From contig CAYIXE010000001.1 of the NCBI GenBank assembly GCA_964367095.1, forward strand, positions 2,803-66,802: a stretch of DNA of 64,000 bases, written 5' to 3'. The notes below the pieces were generated by a model, which saw nothing but the letters and a program-made list of their open reading frames with translations, was not told the DNA's origin and ran no database searches. Below, piece by piece: positions 49,135 through 59,824 of this stretch. Position 1 is the first letter of the stretch; each line of letters starts with the position of its first letter. The position numbers and the translations under genes were made by a program. The DNA comes from an uncultured Gammaproteobacteria bacterium (GTDB taxonomy: Bacteria; Patescibacteriota; Microgenomatia; UBA10105; UBA927).

Positions 49135-49932
49135 CTATTCGCCTGCCCCGCGTATCCCGCCAACGGCGGGAGAAGTGGGGTTTTTTTGTTGCCGCTCATA
49201 GAGCTTTGCGTAAGTGATAAACATGCTAAACGCTTGATACATGCTCTCTATAACTCCGGCCGTCCCGACTCTCCATCCGCCTCTTTTTATATAGGAATCA
49301 TAAAATCCTGTTAACATAACACGAAATATGCGCCACCATACGATAGGTGGATGATTGGCTTTCAAACGAAGCCCTGCTTCAATTATTGACCACTTGTTTG
49401 TCTTTTCTACCATAGAGGTAAGTGTTCGATGCGTATCGTGTCGCAAGACTCCAACAAGATCACCTACTGTCCCTCGTATCAGTGGTGTTTCATGCACTTC
49501 CCCCACCCAACAATCGAGATCTGATCTTTTCATCAAACGAACCATATACTCAGAGTCGTAAAACTCAACTCCAAGGTATGTATTTACACGTTGAATCCTA
49601 TATGCGCTGTATTGGCGCTTCGCGCCTTTTACTGCTTCTAAAATACTCAATTGCAGCTTCTCAGAGACGAGTTCATCAGCATCAATATATAAAAGCCATT
49701 CTGCTTTCGATTCTTGGTATGCCTGATTTCTTAAATCTGCAAATGATGAAAGATCGAGTGAAATAACGCGGGCATTTGCTTTTGCTGCTACGACTTTTGT
49801 AGCATCAGTAGATTTATTATCTATGACGATAATTTCATCACAAAAAGACACCGATTGGATACATTCATCTATCCTTTCCTGCTCATCTTTAGCAAGAATT
49901 ATAGCAGAGATTCCTGATAATTTATCACTCAT
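49135..49932 (-). CDS. GT2, WaaE/KdtX-like subfamily
   Basis: AIILAKDE, IDNKSTD, FADLRN, YIDADE, VHE. Start at the ATG at 49932. Confidence 0.85.
   Translation of the reverse strand: MSDKLSGISAIILAKDEQERIDECIQSVSFCDEIIVIDNKSTDATKVVAAKANARVISLDLSSFADLRNQAYQESKAEWLLYIDADELVSEKLQLSILEAVKGAKRQYSAYRIQRVNTYLGVEFYDSEYMVRLMKRSDLDCWVGEVHETPLIRGTVGDLVGVLRHDTHRTLTSMVEKTNKWSIIEAGLRLKANHPPIVWWRIFRVMLTGFYDSYIKRGGWRVGTAGVIESMYQAFSMFITYAKLYERQQKNPTSPAVGGIRGAGE
49146..49187 (+). repeat. GC-rich REP-like hairpin followed by T7 (possible antisense terminator) inside the 3' end of a GT2 gene
   Basis: Core CCCGCC-AAC-GGCGGG (49156-49170), extended by an imperfect stem CCCC...GGGG (49146-49180), then TTTTTTT. 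Confidence 0.7.
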
Positions 49933-50827
49933 ATCTTTTTCCCCATTTACCAAAAAGCGCATCCAAAACCGCGCGTTTTTTTATAGCACTGCCAGATGCC
50001 AAAAATCGTACTGCCTCACGAATAAGCGCAAATTTGGTTTTAAAAGGCGCGAAACGCATGCCTACCAATAATCTGTTTCTGGTCATGTAATACTCGTGAA
50101 GCTTGCTTCCAGACCCGCCCGATGACCCTGCGTTTACATGCCAAATAATAGACGATGGGAAATAACGCAAATTAAATCCGAATCGCTTTACTGCCAAACA
50201 ATAATCCAAATCCTCAAGGTATAAATAATACTTCTCGTCCAGTAATCCTACTTTCTTTATCACTTCTTTAGAAATCATAAATGAACATCCTGTCACAAAG
50301 GGCGTATCACCCGCTTTATCGTATTGTCCGTGATCCACCTCATCTACACCATTGTGTGATGCGTACATATTATCCCAATCCACAATTCCCCCGGCATACC
50401 AAAATACTCTTCCTTGCTCTTTTTTAGTATAGCGCTCTTTGTGATATTCATGCCCTGCTTGAAAATATATCTTTGAACCTACGACACCTACTGATTCGTC
50501 CTCAAAAGCGTTAAGAATGGTCAATGCATTTAGGTCGACAATTGTATCGTTATTAAGAAGCCATACATAATCAGCACCTCTCAACAGTGCTTCGCGTATA
50601 CCAACATTATTTCCACCGGTAAAACCTAGATTATCGGATAATTTAATAATTCTAGCCCAAGGATGTGCAGTTTTAATAGCGAAAACTGAATCATTCGTCG
50701 ATCCATTGTCAACCACGATAGTGTCAACTACCGCGTCTGTTTTTCTCATCGCTTTAATCGACGCCAAGCACGCAATCGTGTCTTTTTTCCCATTCCAATT
50801 GACGATAACTATAAAAACATGCTTCAT
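49925..50827 (-). CDS. GT2 glycosyltransferase (WbbL/rhamnosyltransferase-like)
   Basis: IVNWNG, DNGS, NLGFTGGNN, LLNND, YLEDLD, YYMTRNR. Confidence 0.85.
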   Translation of the reverse strand: MKHVFIVIVNWNGKKDTIACLASIKAMRKTDAVVDTIVVDNGSTNDSVFAIKTAHPWARIIKLSDNLGFTGGNNVGIREALLRGADYVWLLNNDTIVDLNALTILNAFEDESVGVVGSKIYFQAGHEYHKERYTKKEQGRVFWYAGGIVDWDNMYASHNGVDEVDHGQYDKAGDTPFVTGCSFMISKEVIKKVGLLDEKYYLYLEDLDYCLAVKRFGFNLRYFPSSIIWHVNAGSSGGSGSKLHEYYMTRNRLLVGMRFAPFKTKFALIREAVRFLASGSAIKKRAVLDALFGKWGKRYE

Positions 50828-51744
50828 AGAGGACATATGCGAATAAACCGACGCTTAATTTGATACCACAAAGAACGAATAGGATTTGAAGCATCGCGCA
50901 TTTTTGAGGTTAACATCCAGTACGATACATCCTTTCCCTGACGTGATAGTTCATCAGTCACGTCAAAAAGTTTAATTTCCTTTTCTCTAAACCCTTCTCT
51001 TTCCCACAGTTTTACAAATACTATAAACATATAAAATCCCTGAAGCATGGAAAGTACAAGTCCATGAAGTCCGTCTTTATATCCTCTCTGGGCAAAATAA
51101 ATTTTCACAAAATCCCGCAAAGGAAAACGCAGTGCGTCGTACCATACGACGTTGTAGCCTGAGGCAATAAACTTTTCGACCTCGCTTACCGTATAAATAT
51201 GTTCCATTTTATATAAAAACTGCTCAATGGAGTGATAATTATGATGAATAAATGGCTCATCGAGTGTTTCTGTTTGGCCATCTACATGAAGATATTCATG
51301 GACATGTTTTTCTGGGAACTTTCCTTTTCCTTTTCGAAATAACCGAAGCTGCGGGTCAGGCCACCATACACCATGACGTATCCATGTACCAAAAATAATA
51401 TTTTTGCGAGGTATCCAATACCCCGAAATAGCCGGATTATTTTCATGAAGGACTTTACCAATTGCCAAAACGAGATCTTTCGTCAGTTCTTCATCGTCAT
51501 CTAAATTAAGTATCCAATCAGTCGTCACTTTGGTAAATCCATAGTTTTTATTACTATTTAACATGAGGCTATTCTCTCGATCTATATGCGTTGCATTATA
51601 TTTTTGGGAAATAAGAAGTGTTTCCATGTCTTTCGCACTGGAAACGACAATAATCTTTGCATGGAGGGGCGCGACGGACTTTAAGCATCGGTCCAACTGA
51701 AACGGTCTTTTGTATGTAGAAACGACCACGGTACAATTTGTCAT
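50824..51744 (-). CDS. GT2, WaaE/KdtX-like subfamily
   Basis: WILNLDDDE, PRKNIIFG.WIRHG.WWPD..LRLFR, VHE, GYKDG. Confidence 0.85.
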   Translation of the reverse strand: MTNCTVVVSTYKRPFQLDRCLKSVAPLHAKIIVVSSAKDMETLLISQKYNATHIDRENSLMLNSNKNYGFTKVTTDWILNLDDDEELTKDLVLAIGKVLHENNPAISGYWIPRKNIIFGTWIRHGVWWPDPQLRLFRKGKGKFPEKHVHEYLHVDGQTETLDEPFIHHNYHSIEQFLYKMEHIYTVSEVEKFIASGYNVVWYDALRFPLRDFVKIYFAQRGYKDGLHGLVLSMLQGFYMFIVFVKLWEREGFREKEIKLFDVTDELSRQGKDVSYWMLTSKMRDASNPIRSLWYQIKRRFIRICPL

Positions 51745-51745
51745 A

Positions 51746-53188
51746 TTAGCTTCTCAATGATTTTATAAAGCCTAGAACGCGACTTTTATCTGTAAGATAT
51801 ATACACCCCGTGTAAAGTATAACACCCGAAAGTCCGACAAAAAAAAGTGTTACGTATGTACTCGGAACAATTTTTAGAATGGTCACATACCACAGCGCTT
51901 GTATCAAAGATGATACGACTGCACTAGAGATATTTCTTATAAATGTAAACGGCACGATCTTTTGCATCTCTTTTACAACAATCCCTATTGTAAATGTGAT
52001 AAGAAAAATAGAAAATGCGACGCCTTGGAATCCAAAAAAGTGAATAAATATCACCGTAACGACCCATGTAAGGGTAGTCCACATCACCATCAAAAGAAGT
52101 GTTGTTTTAATCTTTCCTATTGCATTGAGTGCATTGGTAAGAGGCGTTGTCAGTCCTGCAATCGCCGCGGCTCCGACGAAAAAATAAAATGACAAAAGTG
52201 CTGGTTCCCATTTCGTATACTTAGGTATCAAATGCACAAGCGGTCGGACGAAAAATAGAAGTGCTATCGAGATAGGAAAAATGGTGAGAGATAATCCGTA
52301 AATAGTTTTCTCAAGTGCTTTCCCCAAAAGTATTTTGTCATGCTGGATACGGGAAAATGCCGGAAAGGTGACGCGTATGACGCTATCCATGATAAGGCGC
52401 AAAGGAACCTCTGCCCACTTTTTCGCCCACCCCAAATATCCGACTTCAGAAAAAGGGAGCGCCTTCCCCAAAAAGATAATCAATAAATCATCTTTCACCA
52501 CAGCTAAAAATGAATTCATCTGAAACGGTATACCGAACTTTAAAAGTTTATGCGCCACACTTCTTGATATCCCAAAGCTAGGCATCCAAGGCCAAACGAT
52601 ATATGCCGTTATCACACCTAATATACCCCGACATAATACGGCCCATGAAAAGCTTGCCACACCAAGCCCCTTCCATGCCAAAAATACTGCAACGACATAA
52701 AATCCAAGTGTCTCGACAATCGTGGGGATCACGAGCCGATTAAAAGCCAAGGACCGCTCCATAAGTATTGATGGAATAGTTTTTAACGATGATAAGAAAA
52801 ATGACACGACGAGAGCGCGAAACAGCCACACGCCTGATGCATCCAGCATATAAAAATCGCCTATCTTATATGAAAAAAATAAGGCAATGGTTACAGCAGA
52901 ACCTACCAGAAGCTGCTGGATGGTAAAGGTCGTCTGAAGATCTTCTGTAGTAAGATCATCCTTTTTTTGCACGAGGGCGGCGGCCAATCCTATATCTGAA
53001 AAGTATCCCAAAAACGAAATAACAGCAGACACGACATAGTACACACCAAATATCGAAGGAGTCAAAAGAAGTGTCAAAAGAAACGTCGCAACAAATCCTA
53101 CAATCTGCAACGTAAAAGTTCTTGCGGTAAGAGCCACCATCCCTTTTACTGACTTTGATTTAATGTCTTTTATATCAGTGTCTGTCAT
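51746..53188 (-). CDS. Wzx/WzxC-like oligosaccharide flippase
   Basis: LLTPSIFG, DIGLAAALVQKK, VTFPAFSRIQ; 12-14 hydrophobic segments. Confidence 0.9.
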   Translation of the reverse strand: MTDTDIKDIKSKSVKGMVALTARTFTLQIVGFVATFLLTLLLTPSIFGVYYVVSAVISFLGYFSDIGLAAALVQKKDDLTTEDLQTTFTIQQLLVGSAVTIALFFSYKIGDFYMLDASGVWLFRALVVSFFLSSLKTIPSILMERSLAFNRLVIPTIVETLGFYVVAVFLAWKGLGVASFSWAVLCRGILGVITAYIVWPWMPSFGISRSVAHKLLKFGIPFQMNSFLAVVKDDLLIIFLGKALPFSEVGYLGWAKKWAEVPLRLIMDSVIRVTFPAFSRIQHDKILLGKALEKTIYGLSLTIFPISIALLFFVRPLVHLIPKYTKWEPALLSFYFFVGAAAIAGLTTPLTNALNAIGKIKTTLLLMVMWTTLTWVVTVIFIHFFGFQGVAFSIFLITFTIGIVVKEMQKIVPFTFIRNISSAVVSSLIQALWYVTILKIVPSTYVTLFFVGLSGVILYTGCIYLTDKSRVLGFIKSLRS

Positions 53189-53915
53189 ACTGTAAATTTT
53201 TCCAGGGACGCGTCATAAACAGACGGTACAAACCCTTAAGATCGCCGAATGCAGTTTTTAGAACTCGTACTGTGGACCCAGGATTATCTACCCACCGAAC
53301 CGGTTCTTCATAAATGCGTATCCCGCTTTTTTCGGCAAGAACAAGTAATTCTGTATCAAAAAACCACTCGTTATCTCTAATTCTTGGAAGAATTGTGCGG
53401 GCAATCGTCGAGGACATGGCTTTAAATCCACACTGTGCATCCGAAAAATTAACAAAAAAGAATAGTTTAATGAGGATAATATACATTTTTGATGTAATAG
53501 TTCGAAGCGCTGATCTGCCGTACACAAGTGATCCAGCCGCATTTCGCGTCCCGATTGAGATGTCGTATCCTCGGGAAAGCGAATGAATCAGAGCTGGTAA
53601 ATGCCTAAGATCGCTTGATAAATCAATATCCATATAACAAACAAATCGTGCCGTGCTTTGAAGCCAGGCTTTTTTCACTGCTCGGCCTCTTCCTTTTTCT
53701 TTAAGGTGAATGCTTGAGACGATGGCGTATTTTTTTGTCATCGCATTGGCTATTTCATACGTTTTATCGGTTGATGCATTATCAGCAATTACGATTGTTG
53801 TTTTATACTCTTTAAGATGTGTGGTAACAAAAAAGACAAGCGTCTCCACACTTGAAGAAAGATCCTCTTCTTCGTTGTACACCGGCAATATTATGTCAAG
53901 CGTTATTTTTTTCAT
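53175..53915 (-). CDS. GT2, dolichyl/polyprenyl-phosphate glucose synthase (ALG5)-like
   Basis: PVYNEE, DNASTD, KGRGRAV, YMDIDLS, DAQCGFK, WFFDTELL. Confidence 0.85.
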   Translation of the reverse strand: MKKITLDIILPVYNEEEDLSSSVETLVFFVTTHLKEYKTTIVIADNASTDKTYEIANAMTKKYAIVSSIHLKEKGRGRAVKKAWLQSTARFVCYMDIDLSSDLRHLPALIHSLSRGYDISIGTRNAAGSLVYGRSALRTITSKMYIILIKLFFFVNFSDAQCGFKAMSSTIARTILPRIRDNEWFFDTELLVLAEKSGIRIYEEPVRWVDNPGSTVRVLKTAFGDLKGLYRLFMTRPWKNLQYDRH

Positions 53916-55560
53916 ATCGAATATAAAAAACTATACAAAACACGCCGGTTAAAAAGCTTAGTATATTTGCTGCCCGCCGCACAGGCGTATCAGATAGACG
54001 TAATTCTACTACACTCTCGCCTTCTAATACTTGAAGGATTGGAAATCCATCCGCAATCGTTGCCTTTATTTCTTTTCCATTGACACTATAATGCCATCCC
54101 GGAAACCACGCCTTCAATATGCGCACAGGCTGAGCAGAAGAAGAAACGATTCTTGCTTTCAAATAGTTTGATTTTTGGACAATGCTTACACTCTTAATCA
54201 AACCCTCAGATTCAAAAATAGAATCATTCTTAAGTGAAGAACTCTTAGGGCGGATAAGATCATAAGGCAAATACTCATCAGATATTTTGGAGACGCGCAC
54301 CTTTAATTCGTTGACTGATTCATAATCGTCAATCGGTCTATACGTTTTTTGCTGCGGCCGAAATTCCTGCTGGTTTACGATGAGAACAAGTATGATAATA
54401 CTGACGGCAAAGACTCGCCTCATCAAAGATCTACTTTGTGTAAATGCCGTCGCAGCAACTACCGACAGAGCAAACGAAGCACTGCTTAAAAACCGCCACG
54501 GATATTGAATATACGAAAAACCCGGAATATACTCCCAAACACTAGCTGATATTGGAAGCATAAAAAATACACTAAGAAAAAATATAATAAACCCAAAAAG
54601 AAGAATCCGACGGGTATTTGATAGAGTAAATCGATGCACAAAGAAAAGAAACATAGCATAGAGAAACAGTGCCAAATGAATAGTTCCAAGCTTAAATGAC
54701 ATGCCGTCAATACATCCTGAAGTGGAACCCCCAAAGCCCCATGGGGAATTGATAAATTGTGATACACACACAAAATGCGATCGAAAATCAGCAGAGCCGC
54801 CTGCCTGGGCTGCAACATTTGTATACCCCATCTCAAAAAGTGCCGGCAGCCAAAAAAACGCACTGAGTAATAATCCAATACCAACCTCTAAAAGATAAAT
54901 AGAAAGCACTGAATCAACGTTCTTCTTTCGAAATTTTGAAACACCCGCATACACTCCAATCCATAACACATAAAATATCACCCAAACATATCCTGATATC
55001 GTGTGGGATAAAATAGTAAGTGCGATGCCAAGAGAACCGACAAACACAGTCTTAGGCTTCACCTTTGACAATAAAGGTGCCGCAATACCATAAAAAAGAA
55101 GAGGCAAAAATGCCGTCGCGTAGAGCTCTCCTACGGCCCCTCGTACATACAATTGCACCGCATGGTACGGCGCGTACATAAAAAGAATCGCGGAGACAGC
55201 CGCCGCCATAACACCAAGAAACTGTTCAAGTACTAAAAATGCCAATAAAGGAGCCAAAATCATGCCAAGTCCCATCATGATCTTTGTAGCAAACATCGCA
55301 GGAATCCCTAAATTTGTTAACGCACCGCCTATATAGTATGGAAGCGGTCCATAAAAATTAAATATCGGATATCCATAGCCGTATCCTAAATCACTCACCC
55401 AACGCACGGGAAACTGTCCATCAGAAAGTGATCGTGCCATAGATACAACTCTGCCAACTTGGGTGTCATCATGCATCGGGAAATACGATGGCCCCAAAAG
55501 AGACAAGATGCCAAATGTAGAAAGGAGAATAACTGCAAGAAGGACAATTATTTTTTTCAT
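53896..55560 (-). CDS. GT-C membrane glycosyltransferase, PTPS-related/YfhO-like group A
   Basis: MHDDTQVGR...FPVRWVSDLGYGYGYPIFNFY, YVRGAVGE, QYPWR, WFPGW. Confidence 0.8.
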   Translation of the reverse strand: MKKIIVLLAVILLSTFGILSLLGPSYFPMHDDTQVGRVVSMARSLSDGQFPVRWVSDLGYGYGYPIFNFYGPLPYYIGGALTNLGIPAMFATKIMMGLGMILAPLLAFLVLEQFLGVMAAAVSAILFMYAPYHAVQLYVRGAVGELYATAFLPLLFYGIAAPLLSKVKPKTVFVGSLGIALTILSHTISGYVWVIFYVLWIGVYAGVSKFRKKNVDSVLSIYLLEVGIGLLLSAFFWLPALFEMGYTNVAAQAGGSADFRSHFVCVSQFINSPWGFGGSTSGCIDGMSFKLGTIHLALFLYAMFLFFVHRFTLSNTRRILLFGFIIFFLSVFFMLPISASVWEYIPGFSYIQYPWRFLSSASFALSVVAATAFTQSRSLMRRVFAVSIIILVLIVNQQEFRPQQKTYRPIDDYESVNELKVRVSKISDEYLPYDLIRPKSSSLKNDSIFESEGLIKSVSIVQKSNYLKARIVSSSAQPVRILKAWFPGWHYSVNGKEIKATIADGFPILQVLEGESVVELRLSDTPVRRAANILSFLTGVFCIVFYIRYEKNNA

Positions 55561-57095
55561 GGTTTAAATTTCATTCGTATCATCCACTCGATATATAAAA
55601 TAATAAACCCCAATGAAATGATATCTGCCACCAACCGGAATCCCGTCTCACGAAATGATGCCTCCAACCTGTGTTTGCCTTTAGGGACTGTAATATGCAT
55701 TACTCCGTATGGATTTTTATACTCGATAGGGGTAAGTACGCCATTTAATGCAACTCCCCATCCTGGATAATAAATTGTATTTATAGAAATCAGACTTTCA
55801 GCCTTGGCATCTATAATGCCGTCTATCCGTTGTACAGTATCCTGACTGGAAAAAAATTCTGCATCTCCTGACAGGACTTCTACTTTTTGGGCAGCACGGA
55901 TGGTTTGTATCGTTTGTACCCACCGAGGCATATATTCATTCTTCACGGTAGTCGTCGCTTCGTTTGTACTGTAATACCCTTCACCATGATCGACATAAAC
56001 GATTGCACTCTGCGAAACTAAAACAATATATACGAGTGAACACGTCAGAATAAATACAACGATACCTTTTATTTTGTTGGGTACAAATGACAGCATGGAA
56101 GACACCGTAAATGCACCAATAAAAGACGCCAATGATAAGAATCGATAGGGAAATTGGACATAAAAGCTAAGTTGTGGAATCAATTTCCAGACAAACATAC
56201 TTATGGGTAACGCCAGCGCCGCACTGCAAAGTGTTACTACAGCAGATGTTTTTTCAAAAACAGTAATTTTATGCTTTGCAAAAAATAATAGAACAAGTGA
56301 TGAGATAAAACCTATTCCTAAAAGCGGCCACTGATCAAGCCGTATGAAATACGATAACGAATCAGCGACACGTATGCTGTCAAACAACACAAATCGTCTT
56401 TCGTAAAGCGCCGGCAGCCAAAAAAATGTCGCCATCCCTATACCAATACCTATACTTTTTATATAAAGAAAACGCTTGCTTTGCATGAATGAAAACAAAA
56501 GAAAAACACCCAAAAATAAAAGTGCTAACGAATTATGACTGACGAGCAAAACAGCAGTTGCGACAGGGATAACCCATAAAACATTTGAAACAATACCGTA
56601 AAACAGAATACTTGCCGGAAGAAACGCAAACAGCTCTCCCACCGACCCTCTTTTAAATAAATCAAATACGACATACGGACTTAATACAAACGATATGGCG
56701 CCTACTGTTGCTTCAAGCAAATGATATTTTTTCCTAAGCGTCAAATATAATACTACTGCCGACCCGACGACAGATATCGAAAGCACGATCTTTATAACAT
56801 CGACATACGAAAATCCAAAAAGTCGAACGAATGATCCAACATACAAAAATCCAGGATATAAAAAATTTGCGACCGGATACCCGTAATTATGGTATAAACG
56901 GCCCAAGAATCGTACAGGAAATTGACCCTCTGCCAAACTTTGATAAAACGCCGAGAGACGAATGATCATCCAGTCTCCATCATCCGTGACAAAAAATCCG
57001 CGGTAAAACAACGGCCACAATAAAAGTATCGATGCTAATAATATGGCGCCAATTCCAAGCCATTCGTATGGAGTCTTGTGTGGTTTTATGGTCAT
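55557..57095 (-). CDS. GT-C membrane glycosyltransferase, PTPS-related/YfhO-like group A
   Basis: TDDGDWMIIR...FPVRF..L..NYGYPV, RGSVGE, QFPYR, NTIYYPGW. Confidence 0.8.
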   Translation of the reverse strand: MTIKPHKTPYEWLGIGAILLASILLLWPLFYRGFFVTDDGDWMIIRLSAFYQSLAEGQFPVRFLGRLYHNYGYPVANFLYPGFLYVGSFVRLFGFSYVDVIKIVLSISVVGSAVVLYLTLRKKYHLLEATVGAISFVLSPYVVFDLFKRGSVGELFAFLPASILFYGIVSNVLWVIPVATAVLLVSHNSLALLFLGVFLLFSFMQSKRFLYIKSIGIGIGMATFFWLPALYERRFVLFDSIRVADSLSYFIRLDQWPLLGIGFISSLVLLFFAKHKITVFEKTSAVVTLCSAALALPISMFVWKLIPQLSFYVQFPYRFLSLASFIGAFTVSSMLSFVPNKIKGIVVFILTCSLVYIVLVSQSAIVYVDHGEGYYSTNEATTTVKNEYMPRWVQTIQTIRAAQKVEVLSGDAEFFSSQDTVQRIDGIIDAKAESLISINTIYYPGWGVALNGVLTPIEYKNPYGVMHITVPKGKHRLEASFRETGFRLVADIISLGFIILYIEWMIRMKFKP

Positions 57096-58621
57096 TGTTT
57101 TGATGGTGGCGTAGGGAGAGGAAGTGCCACTTTATAAAGTCGCATATATTTGCCTTCCCGCTTGCCTTTTTGATATTCCCCTAAAAGAGTCAAAGCCCAT
57201 CCTATTGGAGGTGTTTGTTTTGCATTGAGCACAAGATACGTTGATCCCTTTTTGACAGCCGTAAATACCTCGGCTGGAGTCTCTTCCGGTATAGGCCAAA
57301 TGCCTTTGATCGTGACATTGGGGTTTGATACCAAATATATCTCAAGTGCATATGGGAGTAACCCGAATGTCCCATCGGTAAAAACACTAATAGGAGAAAC
57401 AGACGCTTCATTTCGTAAAAATGAAACCACCTGCGGCACTCCCCATCCTGATGGCCAATCTTCTAAATACTGCGACCTATCAGAAACGGGAAGTGATGCA
57501 TTCCATGGATCAGAAATTACCGAATAACTTATCACCATGCTTGGCAAAATAAGAATTAACACAAACACTATTTTTATAATAGGACGTGTTATTCTATCCC
57601 AAATTCTAACAATCGCATCAGCCCCAACGATAAGAAGCGGAATGGTCATAAAAAGTATAAATCTGGGATACAACACTTTCCCGAAGTTAGAAAGGGCCAC
57701 AAACGGCAACCCCCACCAAAGATAGAGAAGAATCCGTTCTCGCCACTTAGGAGTCATAAATAATAATGGTGCAAAAACAGCTACAAATATTGGGAGTGTC
57801 AAATATGAACGCAGCCAATCAAACATGCCTCTTAGATTTCCTGTCAAATACCGGAAAGGCTCAAGCATCCACTCTGAAAAAGTAAACAAAAACACACCGT
57901 TTTTTTGACCTACCATGTGAAAAAATGGTGAGAGACGTAAAATACTATATACCACTTGCGACAATACGGCTGCTATAAAAACAAACCCGACAAATTGCAA
58001 TAATCTTTTTATCAATTGATCTTTCCGCCAATCAAATAAAATCAAGCTAAATGGTACTAAATAGAGGCTTAAAAATCCTGAACTTTTATTGAGCATTCCC
58101 GCTCCCAATAAAAGCCCCAATAGAAGCGCCGTATCAAGTCGCGGCTTGGACACCAGAAGTATAGCAAGGTATAAATTCCATATAGAAAACGCACTCACCA
58201 TCGAATCATAGAGTGCCATCCGGTCATACAGCATGGTAAACGGAGATAACAAATATATAATTGATGCAACCCACGCTACCCTGACACTTAAAAATAACCT
58301 GTATGCCACTGCCCATACTCCAAGAAGCGTTAAAGCGCCGGCCAATACAGAGGTGAGCCTTCCGACAAACAGTGGGTCAAAAGGCACGAGGCGCAGCAAA
58401 ATCATCATGATCCATGTAAACATCGGCTGCTTCCCGTCGGTTAACGATATGAATCGCCAATTAGCGTCTTGTGCGCCAATTTGAGACCATCGTATATATA
58501 TTGCTTCATCCGTGAATATAGGAAGAGCAGTCAAGTTGGCAAGCCTCGTCCACGCGTAGACTGCTAAGATAAGTACAGCGCCTAAAACAAATCCAAAGAG
58601 GCTCTTTTTATTCCACCGCAT
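57092..58621 (-). CDS. GT-C ArnT/PMT-like glycosyltransferase
   Basis: LPIFTDEAIYIRW, DGKQP, GRLTS, SPF..LYDRMALYD, YPRF. Start at the ATG at 58621. Confidence 0.8.
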   Translation of the reverse strand: MRWNKKSLFGFVLGAVLILAVYAWTRLANLTALPIFTDEAIYIRWSQIGAQDANWRFISLTDGKQPMFTWIMMILLRLVPFDPLFVGRLTSVLAGALTLLGVWAVAYRLFLSVRVAWVASIIYLLSPFTMLYDRMALYDSMVSAFSIWNLYLAILLVSKPRLDTALLLGLLLGAGMLNKSSGFLSLYLVPFSLILFDWRKDQLIKRLLQFVGFVFIAAVLSQVVYSILRLSPFFHMVGQKNGVFLFTFSEWMLEPFRYLTGNLRGMFDWLRSYLTLPIFVAVFAPLLFMTPKWRERILLYLWWGLPFVALSNFGKVLYPRFILFMTIPLLIVGADAIVRIWDRITRPIIKIVFVLILILPSMVISYSVISDPWNASLPVSDRSQYLEDWPSGWGVPQVVSFLRNEASVSPISVFTDGTFGLLPYALEIYLVSNPNVTIKGIWPIPEETPAEVFTAVKKGSTYLVLNAKQTPPIGWALTLLGEYQKGKREGKYMRLYKVALPLPTPPSKQ

Positions 58622-58627
58622 AGCCTC

Positions 58628-58657
58628 ATTATATAAAATAAGAGACAACACAAGCAA
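58628..58657 (-). promoter_or_regulatory. putative internal promoter giving a leaderless mRNA
   Basis: TTGCTT (58657-58652), 18 nt, TATAAT (58633-58628), 6 nt, then ATG (58621). Confidence 0.55.
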
Positions 58658-58658
58658 A

Positions 58659-59807
58659 TCAGCGAAAACGACCGCTTCTTCTCTCAAAAACGAAAAATGA
58701 AATAATGGAGCTAATGATGGAGACGATAATTATCGTTGTTTTTACCTGTTGACCGTAAGGCGTAAAGCTTCCTATATACAAATATGGCACGTATGAAAGC
58801 AATAAACCACATGAAAGTATAGAAAAGGCAATGTACATGCCTTTTTGTGACGGCTCTAAAGCAACAAATGGCATCACCCAGACAAGATACCACGGTAGAA
58901 ACTCGCGCTTTAGTATAACGATTACCAGTCCAACTATCATTGCTACTAGCATCCAGCTCGTACGCTTTTTAAGCATATACAAAGGAACCAGCATTATAGT
59001 CATCAGCTTTGATGCTATCGACATCGAAAGCCAAAACAATGCCGATATCATATCCCTTTTCTGTAGATACCAAAGACTCACGAGTACAAATGCTGAAAGC
59101 ACGATATCATTGTGAGAACTCACCAGCGTTTCAACGATTATCAAGGGGTTTAAAGCAAACAACGCCAAGCCAAATGCCGCTTCTGTTGGTTTTTCTCTTG
59201 AAAGAATTTTTTCAATCATTTTACATGCGAGAAGATAAAATAATGCGACCAATAGTTTCATGTTTACCATAATGAGGATAAAGTATCCGAATCCCAAAAG
59301 ATATGGAATAAGTGAGAAAAATATCCATAATGGAGCGTATGCTGTGGATAAATGTGTCCATCGCATAAAATTTAGCCATGGATCTATACCTGCAAACATA
59401 AGGGGAATAATCTCATATGGGTTTTTGTGATACACAAGTATTGTTTTAGCAGTGAACATATAATTGAAAAAATCATACGAAAGAAAAGCGGGATAAGAAA
59501 AAATAAGAACTACTACCAGTATATAAATTATCTTCCATATTTTATTGCGATTTATACTCTTATTCTTGACAAGTGACAAAACCTGAAAATACAACAAATA
59601 AAACAGAGAAACAATACCAATGTACGCAAACGTTGAAAGAGGCCGATTATAAAACCCAATATATTGAAAGGATTTTTGCAGGGACTGGACGATACTTGCC
59701 CGAGAAAGCGTTAAGTTCAAATCAACTTGTGTATACGAGTATAAAAACAACGCGATAACAGAAATGATGTACCCTATGATAACAAAATGTGACGGTTTGT
59801 TTTTCAC
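58659..59807 (-). CDS. GT-C membrane glycosyltransferase, MptB/alpha-mannosyltransferase-like
   Basis: SYDFFNYMFTAK...HKNPY, YAPLW, NPLIIVE..SSHND, LPWY; GTG start. Confidence 0.7.
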   Translation of the reverse strand: MKNKPSHFVIIGYIISVIALFLYSYTQVDLNLTLSRASIVQSLQKSFQYIGFYNRPLSTFAYIGIVSLFYLLYFQVLSLVKNKSINRNKIWKIIYILVVVLIFSYPAFLSYDFFNYMFTAKTILVYHKNPYEIIPLMFAGIDPWLNFMRWTHLSTAYAPLWIFFSLIPYLLGFGYFILIMVNMKLLVALFYLLACKMIEKILSREKPTEAAFGLALFALNPLIIVETLVSSHNDIVLSAFVLVSLWYLQKRDMISALFWLSMSIASKLMTIMLVPLYMLKKRTSWMLVAMIVGLVIVILKREFLPWYLVWVMPFVALEPSQKGMYIAFSILSCGLLLSYVPYLYIGSFTPYGQQVKTTIIIVSIISSIISFFVFERRSGRFR

Positions 59808-59824
59808 AATTTTATAATTTGGGC

